Assembly: GCA_040285825.1 (NCBI GenBank)
Contig: JAUPSS010000004.1
Span: forward strand, 3,142,550 to 3,206,549
Reading direction: 5' to 3'
DNA from: Eukaryota sp. TZLM1-RC
Taxonomy: Eukaryota > Protista > Metamonada: BaSk clade
DNA: 64,000 nt
Position 1 is the stretch's first letter. Every line of letters starts with the position of its first letter. Shown here one piece after another: positions 34,066-46,014 of this stretch. The notes beneath the pieces are model-generated. The model was not told the DNA's origin and ran no database searches. It saw nothing but the letters and a program-made list of their open reading frames with translations. The translations under genes and the position numbers were made by a program.

Positions 34066-35168
34066 TGATGCCGTTAGGCAGATGAACACACGAAGGAGAG
34101 AGAGAAATCTCTTGTTTATTAATAAAACTGATTCATAAATGAGTATCACGTCATCAGTCGAAATACAAAGAAACCTACTAATTCAATTTGAGTTCAACAA
34201 CAACACTACTTTTTCCCACTTTTCTGAGGACAAATACAGTACTGGCTCAATAGAGGGAAGATATGGGGTTTGTTAAACTCTTTGGTGCATCGTTTGTGTG
34301 ACACAAATAATTTACCTCATGTTTGATTTTAGATGGACAATCACGGGAGATGTGTCCAGGCTTGTGGCACTTGAAGCACAATTGATTTTTTAAATCCTGA
34401 AAGCGCCAAGAGGACCTCGTTTTAGTGCCAGCCGTACGTTCCACATCATTCACTGAGGTTTTGAAACCACGAGTCCATGAAGCAACCCTAGAGCAGTCCA
34501 ACAGCTCATCAGTAGTGGTTTCGACAAGAGAGTGAAGATCTGGGAATACATCATCTCGAATTCTCGCTAGTAGAGAACGTTGAAGACCTACGGGAAGAAT
34601 TCCTCTGGCAAATCGATTCAGAAAAGCTGTGTCTGGTAACTTCAGTCCGGAAGCCCTACTCTTTACCTGGAGGAAACGTCGCAGGTAACAGGACATACGT
34701 TCTCGGACGTCACCAATACGGACATCAAGCTTCAGTTCTGACATAGCCAGACTAAAATCTTCGTACGTGGCGAACGATACGACAGATTGTAGATGTCTGA
34801 GAAGAACATCGTCACTGGAAGAGACGTCGGATTTCTGGAGAGATAGGGACTCTAACAGAAAAGAATCGACCAAGAGTCTTGCTGGAACAAGCTCTTTCTT
34901 AGAAGTCACAGAAGAATAGATCTTCCACTCTTGTAGGAACAAGAGAACACTTTCAACTTTCATGGAAGAAAGAGACGGGAGGTTGACAGAAGGAACAGTC
35001 ATCTGAAATAAGAAGGGCCAATAATTATTGATGCCGTTAGGCAGATGAACACACGAAGGAGAGAGAGAAATCTCTTGTTTATTAATAAAACTGATTCATA
35101 AATGAGTATCACGTCATCAGTCGAAATACAAAGAAACCTACTAATTCAATTTGAGTTCAACAACAACA
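34066..35168 (-). mobile_element. Gag-only LTR mini-retrotransposon, family 1, intact copy
   Basis: Identical 140-bp TG...CA LTRs (34066-34205, 35029-35168), 4-bp TSD TAAA, PPT GGGAAAAAGTAG, single ORF. Confidence 0.93.
34247..35002 (-). CDS. gag: Gag-like protein with CCHC zinc knuckle (Ty3/gypsy-like)
   Basis: 251 aa; capsid-like MSCYLRRF...RFARGI; CFKCHKPGHISRDC. No PR/RT/IN follows. Confidence 0.85.
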   Translation of the reverse strand: MTVPSVNLPSLSSMKVESVLLFLQEWKIYSSVTSKKELVPARLLVDSFLLESLSLQKSDVSSSDDVLLRHLQSVVSFATYEDFSLAMSELKLDVRIGDVRERMSCYLRRFLQVKSRASGLKLPDTAFLNRFARGILPVGLQRSLLARIRDDVFPDLHSLVETTTDELLDCSRVASWTRGFKTSVNDVERTAGTKTRSSWRFQDLKNQLCFKCHKPGHISRDCPSKIKHEVNYLCHTNDAPKSLTNPISSLY

Positions 35169-36035
35169 TAAATCTCAATCAGCGCAGAGATAATAGGGAA
35201 CCATAAAACACATCAGTATTTAGTCTATAGCATTTTGTACATTTATACTTTTCATAGTTAGTTTCTTGAGTTAAAGTTGATTAATTTAGAAAAAGGGAAG
35301 AAGCAGTGTTGGCGCCTTTAGGCTTAAATAAAATAACGGCAAAAAGATCAACTTTACCTCCTTCAAATTATCTCACACTTTATCCTAACCCCCAAGATTC
35401 AAGGCAACAACATTCTATTTATCAATCTCTCTCCTAAATTTGTCAACATTCTTTTTCCCAAAGGTAGCATCTACAATAACAAGCAAGGTTTTGCATTGAT
35501 GATTCTATAGAATTACCCCTTAATGGGTCTTGTTCTTCGAATTGTCCTTCCTCATAAATTCCTATATTTGGAAAAATATCAGTTCAAATAATACGACGAC
35601 TTCTCATTATTAAAGACAAAAAAGTGCAACTGAAGCACGTTGGTAGTTAAAGAAGGGGTCTGACACTTGCTAATATTATTTATTGATATTTTACATTTCA
35701 ATGATGAAGTAATTGAATCATGCTGAGATGTTGTCAATACTTTGTTCTAAGAAATGAATGAGGCTGATGGATTCTCTTCCTTGTTTCCAAGCTGCCGTTG
35801 AATCATGAACGATACATTAAGTTAGAATTGTCTGTGCCAGCCGTTTTTTTGAACACAGAAATCAAAAGGGTAAAAAGATCATATTCAAAATTACAAGAAA
35901 TTTCCTTTTGAACACGAATTATACCTGTTGGGGTAATCATCATGGTTGATTCCAAGCAAAATCGTGTAGACAAATCAAAACAATTCTGTGTATGTAACAA
36001 TCAAAAAATACTAAAAATGAGAATAGATAACATTG

Positions 36036-36380
36036 TCAACAACTTGCGGTGATCCTACAGTTACGTGTAGTGTGTTCTCTTACAACACAATTACAACCTC
36101 TACATAGACAAACGTTGTGTCCAAAATCGACAACAAAGCGCTCTCTCTGGTAAGCAACTCTAGCCAACTGGGAAGTTGTTGTTGCAAATGTGGTCCTCTG
36201 TGGAAGTATTTCGTAATCAGGAAGCTTGTACCACGAAGAAGGAGGCATTGATCTAGAGTGGAGAATCATTGTCTTCTGTTGAGACTGGTTCTCGATTGAC
36301 AAAAAGTAATATTCTTTTGCCGAACAACTGAGCATAAACCAAAAGAGCACAAAGAGTAGAATAACCGTTTGTTTGAACAT
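36036..36380 (-). CDS. Small secreted Cys-rich protein (114 aa), weak aegerolysin/ET79-like pattern
   Basis: Signal-peptide-like MFKQTVILLFVLFWFMLSCSA; LSIENQS..ILHS..W..P..I.P; Cys-rich C-terminus. Confidence 0.45.
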   Translation of the reverse strand: MFKQTVILLFVLFWFMLSCSAKEYYFLSIENQSQQKTMILHSRSMPPSSWYKLPDYEILPQRTTFATTTSQLARVAYQRERFVVDFGHNVCLCRGCNCVVREHTTRNCRITASC

Positions 36381-37577
36381 TGCTGATGTGATTGGATTGA
36401 TCGGATTGCGCAAATTCAGAAAGTATAATGCTACTGTGAATTTCACATATTCCCCTGTGAAGTTCACTCCTGTTTTCCACTTTCTCAGTCTCTACTCACA
36501 GACTGTAAGAGACATGTAGCGTCATTTGACAAAGACAATCATGATCTTCATCGTGATTCGCTTCTGTCCCTAGCGTTTTACTTGGGTTGAAGCTTTCTAA
36601 TGGCATCTCGAAGGAAAATGTTAACATTGAGCTGAACGAACGAGAGCTGGAAGCCCTTTTCAATACTGTTGACGATATCTCTGTTCATTTAGACAATCTG
36701 TAATAAAGTAAGTTATTTTGTAAGTAAATAGTTGATGTTTTTTGTTGTTTATTTGAACATTATTGGCACTTTATTGTGCTGAGAAGCTCCAGAACTGTGT
36801 GTTCTAGGTTTTCTGTGTTTTATGTCTACATTATTAAGTAAAAGTTGAAAACTAAGGCCCACAGATGTCGTAGGGAGAAACCAGACATTGGTGCAAGATC
36901 AAAATGCTAAATTAAATTATGAAAGAATTTAATCTTTTATAATCTTTTTTTAATTATAACTGAATCAAGCTGGGTTACCCAATACAGCTGTGTAGTTTTC
37001 GGTTCACTGGCTTAATGAACAAACATTCAAGAACAGGTTTTGTGAGTTATTCGCCACACGAGCATAAGTCAACACCATCCCAATTGAGCTGTTTATATTC
37101 CACGTAAAGTTAAAACACATTGCTTCATCTACTGTTCTGTACAACGTTCTTCAAGGTTTATGACGTTGATCAAATTGATTTTCTTGACTTTGAACTTCAA
37201 GCTATGCTTTGTAGTATATTGGAGCTTCCAAAACATCAATTTGAACTGATTTATTGATCACTTCTGATTTAATTAATTTTTTATGATGAATGACTCAGTC
37301 AATTTGTTGGCTGAATAGCAACAAAATGTCAATAATGACTCAAATTTTTACCTTTTTATATACAATTTTCAAAACAACTACTCCTTTAAATTGTAACAAT
37401 TTCGTTCTGGCAGATTGGAAATCCATTTTTGGATAATGATAATTAATGCAATTCACTGGTATTTAAAACTCAATATCCCCATTTTGATAAAGTTTAGTAT
37501 CTCTCTCTTATCCGAGACCAAGATTAAGTACTTGTTACATACTTGTATCCAGTGTCTGTGAGAACATATTCCCTTGT

Positions 37578-38315
37578 ATGACGCAAGCATTACCAACTCT
37601 TCATGATGTAGTATCCTTTCACAAAAATAATTCTTTCGTCATACCTACAGGCTGGACCAGCCTTGATGATTTCATTGGTGGTGGTGTTTTCGCAGGCGAG
37701 CTGACAGAGTTTTTTGGTCCCTCTGGGTCCCATAAAACACTTTTAGCAATGCAGACTAGCCTTCACGCTGCAGTAAGTGGCAAGTCTGTCTTAGTCATCG
37801 ATGTTTTACATTCCTGGTCTCCTCATCAAATCTCTCTTATTTTAACCAGTCTGTTCCCATCCATAACCCTGAACTCACCTCGTTTTAAGGAAGTTTTAGC
37901 ATGTATTTCTCTTCGTAGACCTACCACAGCAGAACTTGAAGACTTTGGAACCATATATAGATGGCTTCATTACGTTTTGTTCAAGCTCACCACTTCTCCT
38001 CCTGAGTCGCACCCCAAAGTGGTTATTATTGATTCTATCAGCGGTGCACTTCTACCTTGCGTCACATCCGGCTCCCCATCTGTTCTTTTCGAGATGACCT
38101 GTATTATCTCCTTGTTGAAAGGAATTGCTGATAGTGGTAAAGTTGTGCTGGCTATCAACTCTGCTGTCTCTAATAACTCTGGGCTTGTTCCTTCTCTTGG
38201 TAATTTATGGTCTCCTCCTCTTAGGGTTAGGGTTAGGGTTAGTGAGGGTAGGGTTATTGGAAGTGTTCATCAAGCACAGCCTTTTAGGTGTAGGTTGGAT
38301 GTTGATTTTGAATGA
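37578..38315 (+). CDS. RAD51 paralog (RAD51D/XRCC3-like), lacking the N-terminal domain
   Basis: IPTGWTSLDDFIGGGVFAGELTEFFGPSGSHKT; Walker B VVIIDSIS; VLAIN; PSLGNLW. Confidence 0.8.
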   Translation: MTQALPTLHDVVSFHKNNSFVIPTGWTSLDDFIGGGVFAGELTEFFGPSGSHKTLLAMQTSLHAAVSGKSVLVIDVLHSWSPHQISLILTSLFPSITLNSPRFKEVLACISLRRPTTAELEDFGTIYRWLHYVLFKLTTSPPESHPKVVIIDSISGALLPCVTSGSPSVLFEMTCIISLLKGIADSGKVVLAINSAVSNNSGLVPSLGNLWSPPLRVRVRVSEGRVIGSVHQAQPFRCRLDVDFE

Positions 38316-38459
38316 ACTTGCCAGTTTTTGAGTATAATACAAAATAAAGAATGATAATAAAAATAATGATAATGAAGAAATACAACAAAATTTTACATGA
38401 TTTCAGATTAATTTTGGGGTTTTGACAATTACACAACGAGTTGATGGTTCTCTAACATA

Positions 38460-38915
38460 AAAAAAGCCTTACTACATCATGAATTTCTGCTTCGTGCATT
38501 CACTACATCAAACTAATTTGAAGAGGGCATCTTTTCTATAGAAAACATTTGTTATTAATAACATGATAAAAAATCTTAGTGTGACTAAGATTAATAATCC
38601 CGTCTTTGCTGCCTTTTTATCAGACATTCAGAACTGTACTGGTTTAATATATCAGCAACAAGGCCATTTGGTCTTCACTTAACAAATGAACCATGGAAAC
38701 AAAACATGCGGTTGAGATTGGGGCTGTATCCAAGTGGTCTTTTGGATAATTCTGTTTGTACTTGTAACGAAAAACCTACTGCCAATTTCCGTCATATTGT
38801 TAGTTCTAAGAAATTCCTTCAATATCGGTCAGTTCTTCATGATGCCGTTCGTGATGTGACATATGAGATGTTCAAGTGTTACAATTTTAGTTGCAAAGTA
38901 GAACCGTTGTTGAAA
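38460..38915 (+). mobile_element. CRE-like family B fragment (CCHC region)
   Basis: MRLRLGLYPSG..CTC..HIVS..HDAVRD..EPLL; near-identical to 44683-44890. Confidence 0.75.
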
Positions 38916-39492
38916 AAGCTTTCCTAATTCGATTGAAAATCCGAAGCAATTTATTAATCATGGCAAATTGAATCTGAAAGCGCCACAAAAAGATATCAAA
39001 TCTTTTCATTGTTGTTCTTGAACCATTGTTTGGAAATCATTCAAAAAAGTTCCTGCTTGTACTGATAGTCTTCCGTTTATAGAAAATCCGAAAGAAATAA
39101 AATCAAGTGGTCTATTTCTATCAGCATTACATTCTTCAATTTCTTTGTCATATTTTCAATGTTTTTCTTTGGCTTTAAATTCGAGAACGTCTACAGGATT
39201 AAGTTTTCTTCTTTGAACCAAAGTGTCATTTGCAACATTGCAGGAGAAACAGTCAACAACTGCTTAAAAGTACTCAATCCAATCACAGTATTCATCAGCT
39301 CTCTCATTAGAACCAAAATTATTCAATGACAGTGTTTCCTTCAGCAGAGGCTCTTTGATACATGAGATTCTTCCAGTTTGTGCCATATTAAAAACAGTGT
39401 CTCAAACAGCATTATGTAATAAAGAACTTTAAGTTACCAATTTAAAACAATTAAGAGCATGGCGGAAAGTGAACTGAGGTGAATTCAAACAA
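38916..39492 (-). mobile_element. CRE-like family A fragment (RLE), decayed
   Basis: Nucleotide similarity to 40485-41050. Confidence 0.8.
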
Positions 39493-40371
39493 ATTTTGTT
39501 ATTTAAAGTTTACACTACTAATAAATTTTCCACTATAGCTTTATTGGACAAAAATAATAAAATAAAATTAACAAAAATAAGTGAAATTGAACAATGTTTA
39601 TGGAAAGTATTCAGCAGAATATGAATGAACTTATAATGAAAGAGACATATGAACGTCTAATCCTTATACTGATTGCTTTTAATGTTCTTTTCATTACACA
39701 ATATATTTATTAGAGAATCCATGTAAATTTTAAATGAAATTGGTAGTAAACTTAAAGGTAACTTATCTTTTTCAGAATTAAAAAAATATCAATTTTAAAT
39801 TTATTGTTATCTTTATATATGTATATTAATTGTTGATAAGATGATTTAATATTTGATATTTAAATCTAAAATCTAAAAATCTAAAAGTATCAACTTCTTC
39901 TCCTAATTTTTATATATTAAAAAGTTTAGTGGGGTAATGTATATGGAGATTTTTACAAAAGCAACTTTCAATATAAGTGAACAATTTTCAGCTTTGAAAG
40001 TGATCCATCAAGATCAAGAAGATATTGATTAAAGATTATAGCTGATTATATTATTCAGAATTTTCAATTCTGTAAATCTTAACCTTTTTCTAAAATTCAA
40101 TCACCGGAAGTATGATTTGTGATTTACAGAACAACCAAACTTTGTACACAATGAGCCAAAGTGATTAATAGAACAAGCAATTATTTTATTTATTTATTGA
40201 ATTAAAAAGTGTATTGATTGGATACAATATTGTTATTCAAAGGTGTTTTTGAAAGTGTATTCCGTAGAGTTCCTTCTGATATTTTTATCAACACCATTAG
40301 ACGAGCTACATATATTTTGTTCATCTTCATGCACTTTAGTTATTCGTTTTTTAATGTTTGAAGTGTGTATG

Positions 40372-43300
40372 TTTATTGAATTTGCACACTTGATTAAATT
40401 AAATCATAACTAATGGGACGACTATCATTAAACCAAGATTTCCTCTACAAAATCTTGATTTGCTTGCTGTCTAGCTAAAGCTTCTCAAATTCGATTGAAA
40501 AACCGCGGTAATCTATTAATAATGGCAAATTGAATCCGTGAACGCCATAAAAAAATATCAAATCTTTTCATTGTTTTTTCTTTCACCATTTTTTGGAAGT
40601 CATCCAAAAAAGTTTCTGCTTCAACTGATAATCTTCCATTTATCGAAAATGGGAAAGCAATAAAAACCAGCTGTGTATTTCTATCGACATTTGCATCTTC
40701 AATTTCTTTATCATATTTTCTATGTTTTTCTTTTGCTTTAAAATCAAGAACATTCACAGGATTAAGTGTTCTTCTGTGAACCAAAGTATCATTTGCAACA
40801 TTACATGAGACAAAGTCAACAATAGCTTCAGAATTATCAATCCAATCACAGTATACATCACCTCTATCATCAGAACCAAAATTATTCAGAGAAAGGGTTT
40901 CCTTCAGCAGGGGCTCTTTGATACACGATATCCTTGCAGTTTGTGCCATATTGAAAACAGTGTCTCTAACAGCATCATGTAATGAAGAAACTTAAGTTAT
41001 CAATTTAGAGCAATTTAGAGCATGGCGCAAAGTGAGTTGAGGTGAATTCGAACAAATACATTTTTCTTTTGATAATAATTGGTTAATGGGGATGTTCAAA
41101 TATAATCTCATTTTTGTTACAAATACTTCATTAGTGGCACACAATCCAAATCTTCGTGATACAATAGTTACAAAAAGTGAAGAATCTGACGTCTTGTTTT
41201 CACAAACACCCTTTTCCAATAACAATGAGTGAAGATCTTGATTTAAAACAGCCGAGCTGCAAATATTATTATAAAGATCTTTTTCATACATTCCAGTCAA
41301 TCTTTTCTGTAATGTTCGAAGAGTGTACTTCAAATTCAAAAGATTCTTTTCTAGAATATTGCCATTGTGATGCCGTTAGGCAGATGAACACACGAAGGGG
41401 AGAGAGAGAAATCTGAGTTTATTAATAAAACTGATTCATAAACGAGTATCACGTCATCAGTCAAAATACAATGAAACCTACTAATTCAATTTAAGTTCGA
41501 CAACAACACTACTTTTTCCCATTTTTCTGAGGACAAATACAGTACTGGCTCAATAGAGGGAAGATATGGGGTTTGTTAAACTCTTTGGTGCATCGTTTGT
41601 GTGACACAAATAATTTACCTCATGTTTGATTTTAGATGGACAATCACGGGAGATGTGTCCAGGCTTGTGGCACTTGAAGCACAATTGATTTTTTAAATCC
41701 TGAAAGCGCCAAGAGGACCTCGTTTTAGTGCCAGCCGTACGTTCCACATCATTCACTGAGGTTTTGAAACCACGAGTCCATGAAGCAACCCTAGAGCAGT
41801 CCAACAGCTCATCAGTAGTGGTTTCGACAAGAGAGTGAAGATCTGGGAATACATCATCTCGAATTCTCGCTAGTAGAGAACGTTGAAGACCTACGGGAAG
41901 AATTCCTCTGGCAAATCGATTCAGAAAAGCTGTGTCTGGTAATTTCAGTCCGGAAGCCCTACTCTTTACCTGGAGGAAACGTCGCAGGTAACAGGACATA
42001 CGTTCTCGGACGTCACCAATACGGACATCAAGCTTCAGTTCTGACATAGCCAGACTAAAATCTTCGTACATGGCGAACGATACGACAGATTGTAGATGTC
42101 TGAGAAGAACATCGTCACTGGAAGAGACGTCGGATTTCTGGAGAGATAGGGACTCTAACAGAAAAGAATCGACCAAGAGTCTTGCTGGAACAAGCTCTTT
42201 CTTAGAAGTCACAGAAGAATAGATCTTTCACTCCTATAGGAACAAGAGAACACTTTCAACTTTCATGGAAGAAAGAGACGGGAGGTTGACAGAAGGAACA
42301 GTCATCTGAAATAAGAAGGGCCAATAATTATTGATGCCGTTAGGCAGATGAACACACGAAGGAGAGAGAGAAATCTCTTGTTTATTAATAAAACTGATTC
42401 ATAAATGAGTATCACGTCATCAGTCGAAATACAATGAAACCTACTAATTCAATTTAAGTTCGACAACAACAATTGAATGATTGGGGAAAACATCGACCCC
42501 ATTTTTCTACATCAATTCTTGAAATTTCTTCATTTAATGCAAAAACAGTGGAACTTTGCATTGTCATCAATAAATCTTCCCAATCTGCAAATCTTTCGGA
42601 AAACTCAAAGATTGCATTTCTGCATCCACCAACAAAAGCACACGAGGTAAGAATAGAAGCCTTCGTCCACCCTAAACCACCATAATGTGGACTAAGGTAA
42701 GCATGATCTGGAATTTGAAACATTTTACATCCCAGTAATTGAGACAGAACTTTTGCACGTAACTCATTAAACTTTTGAGCCAAAGGTCTAGTGACGAGAG
42801 GTTTTGTAGATCGAAATATATGATTAAAATTGGAATTAAAACACAGTCTTATAATGGTAAATTTGATGTGTTTTTCATATCTAAATTCATCATTCGGTCA
42901 ATTTTGTCAGAAATTGAGTTCAACTTTTCAAACAATTTTTTGGTAATTTCATCATTATTTCCTAAAAACGAACCCAAATGACGAATAGCATCAATTGAAT
43001 ATAATTTGGCTTGAATTTCAATATCATCAATTATTGTGAAAACTGGAGAATTCGATAACAAAACACATTTAAGTAAATTAATTCGGAGACCAATTTTGGT
43101 AAATAATTCTTTAAAACATACAGTTGCTTTTTTCACAATATTTAAATCACCAATAAGCACAACCTTATCCATATATGCAATCATTTTTAGTGAAGGAAAC
43201 ATCTCTTGAATTTGCAGTAGAATAGGATGAATGGCCAAACAAAACAAAAGAGGTCCTAACGGATCTCCTTGCTTTACGCCACTTGAGGAACTCAAAATGT

Positions 43301-43452
43301 TGTTACCAAAATGTAAATTAGAATATGTGCAATAAGTTGATTGAAAATATGGTATTAATTCCGGCATATATTGCAATAGAGCACCATGGATACTGCGACG
43401 ACTTAGTGAATTGAAAGCATTACTAAAATCCAATGACATGCAAACATTGGAT
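40372..43452 (-). mobile_element. CRE-like family A, 5'-truncated within RT, interrupted by the LTR element at 41368-42471
   Basis: SLDFSNAFNSLSR, GVKQGDPLGPLLFCLAIH, AYMDK, YGGLG, CCHC, RLE and 3' UTR. The sequence resumes exactly across the insertion. Confidence 0.92.
41368..42471 (-). mobile_element. Gag-only LTR mini-retrotransposon, family 1, copy 2 (gag has two nonsense changes near 42230)
   Basis: LTRs 41368-41508 and 42332-42471 (a few differences), TSD ATTG, same PPT; internal region near-identical to copy 1. Confidence 0.93.
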
Positions 43453-43489
43453 GTAGAGTGTGTATGTTAAATTCAAATATCTTTTTAAT

Positions 43490-43725
43490 ATTTCAAATAT
43501 TTTTTTTCAGGAAGATTACCATTGAGTGATTGTGAAAGCATCAATTCTATATTTCTGTATCAGTCTTTTGACATTTTTTTCATTTAATGCTAAAGTAGTT
43601 GAACTTTGGGTTGCCATTTATAAATCTCCCTGAGTAGTTCAATATAACATTATTACGTCGACCAACAAAAGCACATGAAGTAACAATAGGGTCTTTAATC
43701 CAACCTAAACAACCATATTGTGGAC
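43490..43725 (-). mobile_element. Older CRE-like family A fragment
   Basis: Diverged match to 18040-18300 (YGCLGWIK..CAFVG..SSTTLALNE..SLNGNLPEK). Confidence 0.6.
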
Positions 43726-44677
43726 ATTTCTGTTGCACATCAACGAATGTGTATCAATGAAGGGAAATTTTCTTCATCTTCTTTTTCCAAGTTATCGGTA
43801 TATTATAGAGGGAGTTGTGGGTAGATTCCGCACCATTGTAATATATTCTTTAGTATAATGTCACATTGGTTCATATTATAAACTTTATGACAATTTCCAT
43901 ATTCTGACATTTTTCATTCGTAATTCAAATTTTACATTTATTGTACAGGTTAAATTCCTTCCATTAGGAAAAATGGTGACGGAACTACATTTTTGCAGAA
44001 AGAATGTAGTGAATGTTCACAATGCAATGAAAGAAAACTCAAGTCGAGTCAAGGAACACATGGAGTATGAGTCAGATACTATAAAGATTACGGGTGGTGT
44101 GCCTGATTTTGAGAAAGGTTCAAATTTATTGACAGTGTTGATGTTAGAAGGATATACAATCACAATTTCAAGAAGGTTAATAGTGGACCAATTATCACTG
44201 GTACATAGCTTATTAACACTAATTATTACAACCCAAGCCATCTCATTTGGATCTATCATCGAAATTAATAATAATAATAAAAACCACGCAGAAAAATTTA
44301 GTTTCTTATGTGTTTTAGTTTGTTTTGTTTTAATTTGATTCTTTATATAAATGGTTTAATGAAAACCACGCAGAAAATAAATTTATGATAAACAAAAAAC
44401 AAAAAACTAACTAATCACCTTCATGAAGCTCCGAGGTTCTCTCATATTGAACAACCTCTTCTTCTCGCATATCAATAGTAATATGTTCTATAGATAATGG
44501 TATTTTATTGAAATATGACTAACAGTGGACCAATGCAATAGGAATATTTGAAACAAATAATTCAAACGGGTTCTATAGATTATAATTGGTGGAAAACTGG
44601 AAATCATTACAGAGACCATGAATAGCAGTTAATTCATAATTTAAAAATCAATAATACAAATAATTAAAATTAAAATC

Positions 44678-45380
44678 AAAACATGCGGTTGAGATTAGGG
44701 ATGTATCCAAGTGGTCTTTTGGATAATTCTGTTTGTATTTGTAACGAAAAACCTACTGCCAATTTCCGTCATATTGTTAGTTCTAAGAAATTTCTTCAAT
44801 ATTGGTCAGATCTTCATAATGCCGTTCGTGATGTGACATATGAGATGTTCAAGTGTTACACTTTTAGTTGCAAAGTAGAACCGTTGTTGAAGCATTATAG
44901 CGATAATAATCTGTTTAATTCCCGTCGAGGTGATTTAATTGCTCCTTTTGTGGATTCCTCTCAAGTTGTTGTTGATTTTACTACAGTTGATTTCTTTGCT
45001 TTTATTTATCGTGATGATGTTTTACTTAGTTTTGATGGTCATTTAAACAAGCCTGAAGATCGTAAGAGAGATAAATATACTGAGATATTAAATGATTTAA
45101 ATAAGAATCTTTACTCGAAGTTTTCGTTTGTTCCTTTTGCCTTTTCGATTTTTGGCAACATTGGACAGTCCGCCTTGAATTTTATCAATGATTTTGGTAA
45201 TTTATCTCGTTCAAGTGGTAAGAATTTTGCAGGGAATTTATGGAAGAATCGTATCATTTTCGCTTTGTACAGAAGTGTTCCCAAGTACTTGAGTTTAATG
45301 ATGTAGAAGCTGTATAAAGATTCATCAAGAGTTGGCGTGGAGAATTTTGTTTCTTATGTGTTTTGTTATGTTTTGTTATT
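44678..45380 (+). mobile_element. CRE-like family B, 5'-truncated (CCHC + RLE + 3' end)
   Basis: CIC..H..HNAVRD, EPLL, RRGDL, VVVDFT, KRDKY, FVPFAFSIFG. Confidence 0.85.
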
Positions 45381-46014
45381 TTTTTTAATTTTGGAATTAA
45401 TATACATGATAAAAAACAATATTCTGAAGAACAATCACTTTCATCAACGAATTGGTGTTCAATACAACATCGTATCCCAGGCAAAATACCCTTTTGAGAC
45501 TTTGATGATAAAGTGATGAGAATCATGTGATTGATGGGAAAATTCGCCATACTAGTATCGCAAAGAGAAAATTAACAGAAAAAATTAAATGAAATGAAAT
45601 TTCTTGACTGGACTTATTAATTGTTTCATTATTGATGAGGGAAATTTATTGACTACTAAGCAAAACAACTGATCAAGAGCAGCAGTTGCTGGAGCTATTT
45701 ATAATTGGTGTTTCTCGAAATCTCTTCTGCTATGAAGAACCATTATTGGGCTAATTCTACAATAGACTTTGTTTGGTTATTCATAAATGAAAGCTGGTGA
45801 GTTATCTGAACAATTCTCAGTTAATGTGAAGGGTTTTAACAGAATCCATTCTGCAAATTTTCTTTGATCATTGTGTTTCATTGTGGAATCGTGCATAGGG
45901 GTTCAGTAATCATGTGTAGAGGAAACTATGTAGAAACTTGACCGCTTTCAGGAGAGAAATAAAATGTGACATATCAAAAGTACAATGAATAGAAGAAACA
46001 ACAAAACTAAATAT

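Larger units (their letters stand above)
33821..35412 (+). mobile_element. Putative old LTR/TRIM-like relic hosting the gag-only element at 34066
   Basis: Diverged direct repeats beginning TGTTGGCGCC at 33821 and 35307. The second ends CAACAACA at 35412 and is preceded by a PPT-like AAAAGGGAAGAAGCAG. No clean TSD. Confidence 0.35.

Noticed and set aside
34247-35002. Domesticated host CCHC or Arc-like gene
   Set aside because: It is flanked by identical LTRs, a PPT and a TSD, and is present in multiple copies, so it is a mobile element.
38460-39492. Twin-priming inversion at ~38916
   Set aside because: The two arms belong to different families (B and A) and are tail-to-tail, so this is an independent insertion or recombination.
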